DNA of 64,000 bases from Tubulanus polymorphus. Lineage: Eukaryota > Animalia > Nemertea. Location of the stretch: contig NC_134028.1 in NCBI RefSeq assembly GCF_964204645.1, positions 21,820,345 to 21,884,344 of the forward strand, written 5' to 3'. How positions within the stretch are numbered: the first letter of the stretch is position 1; each line of letters begins with the position of its first letter. Below are positions 1 through 12,700 of the stretch, in pieces. The position numbers and the translations under genes were made by a program. The notes under the pieces are model-generated. The model saw only the letters and a program-made list of their open reading frames with translations, had not been told where the DNA came from and made no database searches.

Positions 1-507
1 ACAGTATTTATCCAACAGCTGTCGATTCCACGATTCCATCGTCGAGTACGTATGGATATTCTCGAACACGATCACGCCGTATTTGCCCTTGTCCTTGTGG
101 ATCAAATACGGCAGACCGCGGCCGGCAATTGCGACCTTGAACTTGACGCGATTCGCCTCGAGCAACGCGACGATCTCCTGCCCGAGGCGCGAGTACTGCG
201 TCTCGACGAACACCATCACCTTGTTGTCGATTCGCAGATTCGAAACGCGTTCGCTTTCGGCGACGCGGTTCCGGGACCCGACGCGCGGCTCCGCGTGACC
301 TTTACGCGGCGAGTTGCACTTGATTCTCGGTTCAGGCGGAGCGCGGCTCATCGCCTTGAAGTGGAAATTCGATATGTAATATGAGAAACAGAGTAAGGAC
401 GTTACGCTGAGCGCCAACGCTATGAATATACCGCGCGTTATTGTCGGTTGACGAACCAGGCAAACTTTCGACAAAACGCAATCCGTCACTTTTCTGATTT
501 GCACCAT
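1..507 (-). CDS. NDST: Heparan sulfate N-deacetylase/N-sulfotransferase (sulfateless/NDST family), first coding exon, truncated by the window edge
   Basis: Not in the ORF track because it is open to the edge. Hand translation from ATG 507: MVQIRK...GIFIALALSVTSLLCFSYYI (type II anchor)...KVMVFVETQYSRLGQEIVALLEANR...KDKGKYGVIVFENIHTYSTMESWNRQLLDKYC. This matches the NDST N-terminal signature (VLVFVESxYSxLGQ...G(K/R)Y.L.I.EN...MDSWNR.LL.KYC). Confidence 0.92.
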   Translation of the reverse strand, partial: MVQIRKVTDCVLSKVCLVRQPTITRGIFIALALSVTSLLCFSYYISNFHFKAMSRAPPEPRIKCNSPRKGHAEPRVGSRNRVAESERVSNLRIDNKVMVFVETQYSRLGQEIVALLEANRVKFKVAIAGRGLPYLIHKDKGKYGVIVFENIHTYSTMESWNRQLLDKYC

Positions 508-2212
508 CGTTTTTTTAATTATTGTTTTTTTTCTATTTCGGGCACCAGATTTCACGCAGTTTAAAAAAACGTAACGCCGAATTCTAGACAGTTACAGCGA
601 CGGCCATATTTCAAACGAACGATATTGAAGCCGACTGAAAACTCTTTTCTTGCCATTCCTGATCGGATCCTACGTGAACAGAAAAAACGCCAGCTTTTTC
701 ATGCCTAACTACCGTCAACACAATGGAGCCGACCCAGGCCTAGAATAAAACATGAAAGTACCGATTAAATGATGTTTTTAAGCGAGCTAGGACGGAAAAT
801 ACCATCGATTTAAGCAGTCGGTTTTTTTGGGACACCAAATGGCAAATAGGCCTAGGCCTAAATACTACATTATCAATTTATTATCACTACTACCGGTTAC
901 ATTATTAAGGGTCAGTTCTTTCTAGGGCTAGGATTAGTGTGGACCAGGAATTATCGTCAAAGGCTTAGTACTAGAGTAGAATTTGAATGAGTCACTCACT
1001 CACTGTGAGTGTCAAATTCTGCTGCTGCATTCTAACCTGAACCACCAACAACACTTCATACAGAGATTAAAAATAACCATAAATATCACCGTCGATAAAT
1101 AACCCAGAGCTACGTGATCAGACTTTTATTAACATTGATTGATGATTGATTTGGATTCGGTGTTGCTGCTGCTGCTGCCGAGGAGAGAGAGAAGATACGG
1201 ATTGCCAATAATGATTCCTTTTATTAAGGACCTTCTTATTATTAGAAATTAGAGATTAACTTCAGAAGAACCATTTCAATGTAACCTACCTCTCTTCTAC
1301 CTTCTTAAACCACCAACAACGGAAAGATTTTTCCCTTAGTCTTCCTTAGAATCTCAAAATCCTTCCAAGTAGCCTGGCTATGCTCCACTCAAGAATGATA
1401 TCCCCGTTCCCGAGATTCATCGGAGTCTCGAACGTCCGTGCAGCATCGACTCGAGAAATCAATCCAGGTTGCAGCTGCGCGGTGAATACTAAATGGCAAA
1501 CTAATCGGTATACAGCAGATGAAATGACGCCGGGTGCTGATAACTCAGCTTAACTTAATTCGAATATCATTTACATTCAATCTATAACTGTATGGGAAAT
1601 ACGATTTCTCATAAATTGTGTTAATTTCATTGGTCCCAAATTATCTAGATTAAGCAGAATGAGAAAACTTATCACATAACACAAGCCAGTCAACAAATCA
1701 GATACGGCACCTTTTTTGGACCAAATTGCTGAGGGTTTTATCCAGTGCTTGTAAAAAAAATGCAGTCAAATCAACCAGATGGTAATTAATAAATTCATAG
1801 TCAAAATCCTTTATGGACCAAGGAATTTCCTCTTTCGAAGGAATTTATCCAGTACATGTAAAAGAAAAATGAAGTCAAATCAACCAGATTGTAATTGATA
1901 AATTCATTTTTAATATGGCAAACTTCTTTTTTATTCTGTCTATTACAAATAAATAGACGATCGTTGTATAGGCTACATCATATACACATATATCACAGAT
2001 AAATCTAAAATGGTTTGTGCAATATACAATAAATAACCTTCGTTGGACGGAAAACTATTTCTGTAAGTAATAAGTCTAGATAATGCCCAGTTACGATATT
2101 ATTCGCAAAATAGGCTTAGGTTTCATCACGTATGATGTGAGGGATGTGCCTCTAGTCTATAGTGGTTGTAGGCCTATTCTTAGCTGCGATGAAAGATTGA
2201 ATTTCGGTTAAA

Positions 2213-2425
2213 GGCTAAAAAAAAGATACCTTAATTGTTTCTCCTAATCAGTTGCGGGTCATTTTGTAAACTGTAACAAAATTTGTAATCAGTTCACTTC
2301 TATAACTACTGGGTCTTAGTTTGATCATGATTTAAAGTAATGTACGTGGAAGATAGGCAGCTGGCCGGATCAACTTTTAAGCTACATAAGCTGAAAGGTG
2401 AAACAAGGTGTCAATTTTTCAAGCC
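2213..2425. mobile_element. MITE with GGCT...AGCC termini (PIF/Harbinger-like); second copy at 40231-40478
   Basis: Short TIRs (GGCTAAAA/TTTTCAAGCC) and a TAA right flank; internal sequence is clearly homologous to 40231-40478. Confidence 0.6.
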
Positions 2426-3735
2426 TAAGCTCATTGACTCAAAGTTTAACAATTTTGTTCCACTAATATGTGCATGTTATGAACAAAACAAAAATATTTC
2501 CATTCATAAAGACTCTAACTTAAAACTGACAATTAATCATACATACATTTGGTGTACAAAAAAATATGACCACATGAAAATAAACTTTGATCTCTTCAGC
2601 TTAATAAAATTTGAGCACGATTTTGGCCGATCCTCCCCTTGGCTACAGGCGTTAATATTCGTACCTTCAAAATAACATAATAGACTACGGTTATACTGAG
2701 CATTCATTGATTTTTCCACGTGAATCAAATCAACCCACGGTTCACTGGGTTCAGGAACACGTAGGCTACGGTGCTGTATTTGAATCATGAATGTTGCTAG
2801 TCATGCATGCGCGCTGATTTCAAAGTCTATTCATATTTGTCTGGATCAATTTTTTGGGGATATTTCTCCTAATCTGTTGAACACGTACTTCTATTTGGTC
2901 TTAATACGACCAGTGAAACTGTGCAGTCTAAATAAACCATCGTTTTTATATCCATTTTACACTGTATTGAAGTATTGCAAAAACGTCTTCTTTTAGACTT
3001 TAGTCAAATCATAATCTCTTCAATAAAATGCATAGAAAACTGTTTTTATCAAAATACCAGATACAACTGTAAGAAATCTGTGAGTGTTTAAAACGTCATT
3101 ATCAAAACTACATAAACAGTTAACAAATATACATAATATATTCATAATATTATACATATGTGACCATCTAAAAATAACACTCGACTCTTCCAGAAAAGAT
3201 GACTCTGAATAACCTGAGCTGTTATTATATTATAGAAATTGATTGCCCGTAAGTAACTCATTCCCAAAATCACAAATACCAGGTACATTGATAGTGAAAT
3301 ACAGTGGAACTTTGAGTTGAAGAAAAACCCACAATCATGGAGAAAAACATTAATTTGATAGACAGGATTTTAATGAAGAGAACTCCATCTTTTCCAGAAG
3401 AGTCTATGATAAATCTGTAATTTCCTGTAGGGAGACATTTTAGTGTGTATAGCAAGTGTAACATACAATAAAATTACAACTTGTCTCAGAATGCGAAGAT
3501 TATTTCAAGGCAATACAAATATACATGTATCCAATAATAGTGCTTTGTGTAGTAAATAAAGTGAGCAGTAGCAGCAGCAGCATCAGCAGCTAATGACATC
3601 GAGTTTAGAGCAAATAATCACTGCATAAGGCTGCATTGGAATCATTTTTTGGCTTCTCAAAAACCATTCTCATCGCCTGTCTTAAGCATTTTAAGTCAAG
3701 ACAAGCAGACGCAAGTAGAGCGTCGGATCTGATCT

Positions 3736-6700
3736 CTATATCTGCGAATTTTCTATGTCTTCGATGTCTATTTGAGGATTGTTGTGACGTCTAGGACGCG
3801 AATACGACATATTCTCTAACATCGTAACCATACGTTCAATCTGAGCGCTTTGATTGTGCATTCGGTCCTGCATCGTCTTCATTTGATCGTTTAAATTACG
3901 GATCTCAATCGCTTGTTCGTCTTTTGACCGAGCGGATCTGAAACGAAAAGTTATAAATAGGTATTCTTCTTCAAACTTAGAGTGAATTTCGTCGTGATGA
4001 GTAAATCAATTCCACATCTAATACAACACTATCAGATAAAACAAATCGATTTTCCAGTCCCCTGACATTTTTGCAGTAACAAGGTTCCCTCGTTGTAGAT
4101 TCTGATCGGACAGTTTAACATTGACAGAGTGGAGGGGATTTTTTTTTTTTCGTACTTAAAACTTTTTCTTAACATTACACACCAAACTTAGACACAAATA
4201 ACGGTACAATAATCTTAGAATGACTGCAATACAGATAAGCCTTAAGTCTATCAAAGTAATAAGACCATTCTTGTGACTGAACTATCTACCCGAAAAGCTT
4301 CACCATTTTGCCACAGCGCGGTTTATAAGGAAACATGCCACAAAGGATATACTACTTACTCTTGCACCTTGATAGCATTAAGAGGTATTGCATATTCGGA
4401 TTCAATGGCAGCAGGTTGACCCGACACCGGTCCTTGCGATGTCACTGTTTCTTTGATCTGTTCTAATTCATTGATCACTTGTTCAATCCTACAAGAAAAA
4501 AAAAACTTTCAAATGCTCACCACCTTTTATCTAAAATACTCTTCCATCTACTGAATCGATACATCATCCCCTGAATTAACAACCCTAGAATTAGGGGTTT
4601 ATTATGATCAGAAGATTGATCCAATTCCTCCGGTAAATCGAACAAACCTTTCTCCAGCATTTTGAACTTTTCGATCGATTTGTTCGGCATTTTTCAACGA
4701 AACCTTGTACAAGTAGCTTTCCATTCCGACTTTTTCGAACGCTCGGATTTTTTCCGTATCTTCTTTGTTGGCTAGAAATTCTGCGAAATCATAAAAAATC
4801 ATTTCATTTTAAGAAGCTTTTGTATAACAGATACTGATTTAATCTCAATATTTTTCTGACTCAGGCTGAGTAAAGCGAAGTACCTGGCTGAAATTGTACT
4901 TACTGAAAGCGTTGTTCGTTTTCGGTGTTTTTTGACATGTGTTGATGATCATTTTGACGAAGCGAGTCACGTGACTGATAATAATCAGCGGCGCCGCCAG
5001 CGTCGGACGGTCGAAATACTCGAAGATCAGCGAATATCGATAGAAACGCCAAACTTTTTCAGAATTGTCTTGGACGGTTTGAAATGTATAACTGGAAAAA
5101 ACATTGAAATTAGTTAAAGTGCTGTCAGTCTTTGCTGAATATAGGGAGACATTCATTAGTCGTGAATATCTGAGACTATTTTCAGTCTTGGTGAATATCG
5201 TTAAGATAAATCCACAATATCAATTCAAACAACTCTTCTTGTTTTTTTTAACGTTTCGAGTGGAATCCTTCCACGAAATGTAAGAAAAAAAACAAGCGCA
5301 TCCCTCTACGTTAAAATGCTATAATTTACACATGTGTAAATAGATGTCCGTTCCAGTTGCGCAGTTGTGAGTCCAAAAGTAATCTTAAATCTTAAGACTG
5401 GTCTTAAGTTGTAAGATTGACTATAGAACCAAAATGAACTTAGATTGGTCTTGAGTTGTTAGATTGATTATAGAATATAGATGAGCTGGTCTTCAAGTTG
5501 TTAGATCAGCTGTCGTTGAAAGACTGGTCTGAAATCTAGTATCATGACTACGCAACCAGCCCTTGTAATAGTAGTTCATAGTAGTTTATTTCTGTGTATA
5601 AACCCTTAGAGTGAAATAAGTTGAATTTTACCAAGAACTGCGGAATTGGCTCTCGTAAATTAGGAAGAAGTTTGACGATGATCTTTTACCTGAACATAGC
5701 GATGAGGAGATTCAACAGCAGCACGTTTGTGAGTATCATGTAAACAGCGAATAAAGCCGGAGCTAACCAATTAGACTGCGAACAGCGCGAGTATCCGGAT
5801 GTCTCGTTGTTATAGATCATCGGGTTTCTAGAACACGTTTCAGTGTTCTTGCCTAATTGGGAATAAACGAAAATATCAATTCAAGCATAATTACAAAGTC
5901 ACAACGGAATCACAACCAAAAACAAAGTTCACCCTTGAAAAATAGTTCATATATTCATTCCATGATGGTTGATTTCACTGATTCAGCCTCATCAGGTATA
6001 ATGTATTGAATAAACTATATACAGAAGGGCATATAAACCCACAGCAGAAATAAACAACTATTTAGAATGGGAATACAAGAATTTACACAGATCAATAGGT
6101 GTGACAATAAAATATATATTGATGGTGTTAGTTTAGTTTGGGTTGGCGACCTAAACTAAACAGTCGATTGAACATTCTAAATTTTGAAAATGCTACCATT
6201 AATGTTAATATATTCACTTTCTCTTGCGCTTACCCTCCATTTCATCGAGGAATAGTTCGCCATACATCTGCCAGTAGGGTTTATAGACTACGTCTTTCAG
6301 CAGACCCCAATCAGCTTTGGAATTTGGGTAGAGCAACGCGTGAATAGCAACTCCGTAACTCAACAGAAATACCACGAGAATAGCGAAGAAAAACATGAGA
6401 TCTGTCAACTGGAAAATTGAATAACATACTCAAACCATTAGAACTGCGATAGCCTTTATTAGCAACTTTCAGATTCAACTTTGATTTAAGATTATATTTG
6501 AGACATTATAACCAATATCAGTCCACTGTCTAGTAGGATAGCAAATCTTAAGCAAACCTAGTGAATCCTGTGATATCCCCCTATGATATCATCAAATTGC
6601 TTTTTGATTTGATTAATCTGTAACTTCTAGCAAGTCCGGCTCCGTGATAGGTCCGTTTTATTCATACACAGTATCTCGAGTTAGGATATAAACAAGTTAG

Positions 6701-9700
6701 TTCGTAATTCAAATCTTCCATTTCTCCATAGTTCTAATTCGAAGTCAACTCTGACCAGTTGAGGTCACATCATGACCCTAATCCTAGCGAATCAGAAACC
6801 CTTTAACCTTATCTGACTATAACATTTTTTCCTAACATAACATTCACAACATATCCAGCTATCAGAATTCCACAATTACAGTAAATCTCTGAAAATGTAT
6901 CTATTTTAACCCTTTCAGTGCATCTACACCGCAATGCGGTGTATAAATCAGTGATAGATGTTGCTAGTACACCACACTGCAGTGTATTGATGTAATTAGT
7001 AATTAGTAATTATCTCTCTTGAAAAATGGCAGCACCTGTCAAACATAGTGAAATATTAGTTACTAACGATACACCGCGCCGCGGTGTAGACGCACTATAG
7101 TGGTATTCCTGTTATTCAACACACTAGGGTGAAATTTCTTAAAATTTTCAAATTATCTCCAGCACTATAGGGTATTAATTAGTCAGCACTAAAAGGGTTA
7201 AGAATAACTAATATTGCCTCAGGTGGAACTGAGTTCAGATTTTTCCTCGATACTCTCATGTAGTTAGAATAACTCACCATTTTACGTATCATGATGACTT
7301 TCGGTCCAATGTTTTTGTCAACGAAGAAAACCTGCATAAATCGTAGGAAAAACATCGACAGATCGAGAGCGTAGACCATCCTCGCGAATCGGAAATCTTC
7401 TTCGGTTTTCATCGTGTATCTCAGCACTATCGCAATGATGAACAGCAGATAGACACATAAATCGAACCGATTCCAAACGTTATCGAACCAACCCATTATC
7501 TTAAACCGCAACGACCGAGGATCTTTAGAGTAAACCTTCAAGAGATGATAAGAAATATTTCAAGGGAATTTGAAAACATAGATCTTTATCTCAGAAGTAA
7601 CAAAAGTGAAACTAATAGAGTTCACTGAGCTTATTTTATCGTTGTATATATCAGGGTGGCCACTTTCTGCGCATTCATACATAAATCCCCCGACTTTTCC
7701 CTGATTTTTAAATGTAATTATACAAAATTCAGTGAGTGAATCAGAGTAATTTCTAGGTTTAAAATTCTACAATTCATTCATTTTTCATTGAAACATGTAC
7801 TGATTATGAAACACATTATCAATAGCATTATCCGAATTCCCTGAGTTTCCCAAGTTTTTTTGGCAAAACTTGTCAAACTTGAGTTTTCCCCAATTTTTTT
7901 CTAAATTCTAATGATCTTTTCAGTTTTCCGGGTCAGTGGCCACAACCAACCTGTAATGATAGATATGTTTATCGTACCTGTCTAATTTCCTCAACAATCA
8001 GAGTCATAATCCACACCCAGACACATATCTCAATTGAACTCGGTTTCTCATTGTCAACCACCGGACGGAGTTGAGTTAACACAACAAATGAGTAAATCAT
8101 CAAGAATATCAATTGTGACATCTGTAAAAACCAAGAGTGGATGTTACACTACTGGTAGGTCATATTCCGATACGGAAATTACAAAATCACAAAATAACAA
8201 ATGGAAATCCAGCTGGTGGCCCCACATCAAATGTAATGAGAACGCACAGGGACCTGACGAAAAAAAATTTTTACCCCAGTATCCTAGTAACTATATATAA
8301 AAAAACGTTTTTTTATATATAGTACCTAGGATACTGGGGTCAAAAACTTTTTTGTCAGGTCCCTGTGTGAGAACGTTTAAATACTTACGACGTTGTAGAT
8401 GAATTTCGTAACAGGAGCCGTGTAGAAGTAGAATACGGCGCTCGGTAAACTGATTCCTTGTTTGGATTTGGGAACCCACGATACGCTGTACAGTTTACTC
8501 GGTTTCTTCACCGCGTCGTAAAGCGTTCGATTCGTGGTCGTAGCAGACGTACCGCTCAACGCTCCCATCAAATTCTTATACGGCGAAACGCGACTCGAAA
8601 ACTTGATCCAGATCATGAAGAACGGCAACAACGAGCTCAGTACGATCTAGAAATATCAAACAATTCATTCTTATGATTTTACAATTACGAAACGGGTTGT
8701 AAAAATTTGAGATCAATGACAACCAGTTTTATACAATACTGGTATTTTACTATCCTCTAGGCAAATTTCAATGCCAGCTATGAACAGTAGTAACTGCAAC
8801 AGTCAATTGAAGTGATGGCCTGCTATGGCGATCTTGACACGGTTTAATGATACACAGTTGTCAAATTAAGTTAGTGAACATTAGCTGAGGTATGATAAGC
8901 TTCTATATAGTTTATAGTTTTTATAGAGTCTGTCAATTTCTATGATTGCTATCAACGCTATGGCAATTTTTCTATTATAATAAGTTAGTGTTTTTGGGGA
9001 TTTATCCCTAGAATTCGCAACAACAAAGACGGATACGGAAAGTTTAACCACCTTGGTAAAAGATTCCAGCAATAACCCTAAAACTGACACATACCTTCCA
9101 TGAGTACTAGACCATATTTCCCCTCCAGTGATCAAAGTTAAGTACTAAAAATTTTTCCGAAAAAAATCCGAGAAATATCCATGAAACTGTAACATACCTT
9201 CCACGTAGCGGTGTACAAGGCCATATTTCCCCTCCAGATCTTGTTGAGACAGATTTGACAACTCGTATGACCGAGGAAATCCATGTGTTCACCGTTATCG
9301 GCGACGCCCAGTAGCGTAGCGCTGCCCCATTCATCCAACGTGCGGATCAAACACATCCGACCTAAATCTTTATTAGTAACGTAACATTCGTTCAAAACAC
9401 CGATCGACAACGTCTCGCATTCTCTGAAATGAGATTATATGTTTTAACCCTTTTAGTGCGTCTACACCGCAGTGCGGTGTATGAATCGGTGATGGATTTT
9501 TGCTAGTACACCACACTGCGGTGTATTGATGTAATTAGTTTTTAGTTTTTATCTCTTTACAAAGATCACAGCACCCGTCAAACATAGTGAAATATTAGTA
9601 CCTAATGATACACCGCACATAGTGCTATTCACCTTATTCAACACACTAGGGTGGAATTTTCCCAAATTTTCACATTTTCTCCAGCACTTAGGGTATTAAT

Positions 9701-12700
9701 TAGTCAGCACGGAAAGGGTTAATCGACACATTTCTGATAGTTTAAAATTACAAATGATAACAATAGCTGCACGATTACCGAATTGCAAGTTGATAATTTA
9801 CGAACAAAATTAAGATTTTAGTTTGATTGTCATCAGCATGTTTCTTTTTCATCCCTGAAACCACTGAATGCCGTTTAGGGACATATTATCATGTTAAAAG
9901 TTACTGCCAAAATAAAATCAATTTTCAATTAGTAGTATGAGCTTTATGAGCTTTATGCTCCTTGTGTATTATATGTAACTTGTATTTGCTGACGTAACCG
10001 TATTTCTAGTTAATGTTTCATGGAATAATACGTCAGCACGTTAAGGGCAGAGAGGTCAGAAAAGAACCTTCAAATGAGAAACTCTGCCAGCATCAAGATT
10101 CAAACTGATGGACCCCGGATTGAAAGAGACACCAGTGAAAGACTGACTAACTGCTACCACCAGGATTCAAACACAAGAACCCTGGGATTGTCGAGAGACC
10201 GATGATCAATACTCGGCCACTCTATGCCACTCATCAGCACATTACAGTGCAAAACTTACTTGGAATTTTTCTCAAGTTGTAAACTAAGATCTATCTCTTC
10301 TGCGTCTGCGGCTTTGTCGCTTAACCTTTTCAAAATAGTCGCCGCTATAAGCGTAGTTCCTGCAGAAAATATGGCATAACAAAGATAATTCATCGTAGCC
10401 TATTTTCCGTGCGCGTACGTATATCCCTTTTACATTGTGACTAGTAATTATAGATATCTTCTTACAAACAAATATCATATACTTTAATAATACCCAGCCC
10501 TCAACGGGCTTATAAGCCAGCAATTTCACTAATTATGAATTAAAGGATTGAAAACATTAGTTTTTCCTAGGAGGGAGGAGCTGTGATACCTACCGATATG
10601 ATCCTGACCCATTCTCCAGAATAATTTCGCCAATTCCATACGATTTAAAAGCACAGCCCAAATGAACAGTTCCTTCTCCGGCGAAGCAAAGCTGCACAAT
10701 GTCTTATGTCTGCTGTCCGATCTAGCAGTCAGTGATATGTGCTGAGGAGGAGTCTTCGAGTCTGAAAATACATTAAACTATCACCGATGGATAATGCTCA
10801 CACAGAGTAAGCTACTAGTTTATTCAATGTATTACTATATCCTAATAGTTGAAATATCAAATAAACTAGTAGCTCGAGTAAACTTTTCGAACTCCATTTT
10901 CTAAATCATGGAGTCGCTTGCGGCAGGATTCTTAAAACGTACCTGTCAGATCTTGTTTCCAATTTCTAGTCGCTTTAGGATCGATCGTCGATTCGTCGAA
11001 GTTTACAGATTTACTCACGCAAAACTTTTCACCTGTTAAAAAGCGTAGGAAATTATCGTACTCACAAAAAAGAACCAGCCGTGGTGTTTTAGATATAAAA
11101 GGTATACCAGTCCGAGCAGGTGATGGGTTCCAACTTTGTACAAGGCATTTGTATAGGATTTTGTTAATTTTCAATGAGGTATGACAAGTTGTATAACCAC
11201 TATGCGGACTAGTTCTATTGGTCTACTGGTCTAAAATAGCACACTTGCTTTCTAAGTCCGAGACCCGGGTTCGATCCTTGTGCGTGTAATCTCACTGTCA
11301 TTTCTCTTATGTAATCGTTACAACAACCTTTCAATTAACCTTGATCTAGATTTTTAGCGTCCAAAATCGGACGGTTCGTTCATATCAGATATTTCGATAC
11401 ATACTTGCGTAGAAGTTCGGGTATTGGTCGCCGAGTAGAGCTCGTATCACGCGGCCAACATCGGTGAGCAAAGTCGAGTTATCGACGTGCCATTCATTCT
11501 TTACGCAACAAAAACACATCCACTGCTTCCACGTTGTCTGCAAACGAATACAGCGAACAGCTACATTAATGAACACCTGGGGCCAGTCGTCGAAAACTTG
11601 GTTACAGTAAACCAGTGGATAGTTGACATAGTGACAATTATAAGTTCATTGTTATTATGGTATTTATCTGCCGGTTATCTTTAACCAACTTTTGGGCAAC
11701 TGGCCCCTGGCTTTAGTGAACGAACACTTCTGATTACCGAAAAACTATCTATAGCAAGTGATTTAAGACTTCTCATTACTGAATACCTGTTCACAGTGAA
11801 TAAACGCCTAAAGTATGTATTTTCGTTATGAGTAATTTACCCGTAATGAGCAAATTATGTTATTATAACAATATCATTATCGATATCTTAATTGAGAATG
11901 AAACTCACACTTTGTTCCTGTATTAATTCTCGAAGGAGATCTCGACATGTATCGGCGTATCTATCTTTTAAGACCTGAAATAGAAAAGTAATTCTGTCTA
12001 TAATTCTGAAAAGCATGAAAAAATTCCACTGTTGGATTCGTTTTTAAGAGCTATTATCATATATCATCATTGTCATATACTGGTCGCGGAGTCCAATGGG
12101 TTTTACACTGGTCGCAGGGTTAAATGGGTTTCATATTGGTTGTGGGGTCGATGGGTTTTACACTGGTTGCGGGGTTAAATGGGTTTCATATTGTTCGTGG
12201 GGTCGATGGGTTTAACACTGGTCGCGGGGTTAAATGGGTTTCATATTGTTCGTGGGGTCGATGGGTTCTACACTGGTCGCGGGGTTGAATGGTTTTTACA
12301 CTGGTCGCCGAGTCGAGTGGGATCCCTAAGCGTTAGAACTCACCTGAGAGTAGAGATCTTTCAGTCGTTGCACGGTGAGGAATCGTTTCAACTCGATTGC
12401 TCGAAGTTAGAACTCACCTGTGAGTAGAGATCTTTCAGTCGTTGCACGGTGAGGAATCGTTTCAACTCGATTCCTCGAAGTTAGAACTCACCTGTGAGTA
12501 GAGATCTTTCAGTCGCTGCACGGTGAGGAATCGTTTCAACTGGATTCCTCGAAGTTAGAACTCACCTGTGAGTAGAGATCTTTCAGTCGCTGCACGGTGA
12601 AGAATCGTTTCAACTCGATTCCTCGAAGTTAGAGCTCACCTGTGGGTAGAAATCTTTCAGTCGTTGCACGGTGAGGAATCGAGGGATTAGAACTCACCTG

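Noticed and set aside
52-384. Plus-strand 110-aa and 71-aa ORFs
   Set aside because: Antisense shadows of the NDST exon on the minus strand.
11204-11290. tRNA-like sequence with GGTTCGATCC (similar B-boxes at ~13220, ~37965 and ~48315)
   Set aside because: Acceptor and D stems do not pair properly; better explained as SINE heads or tRNA pseudogenes.
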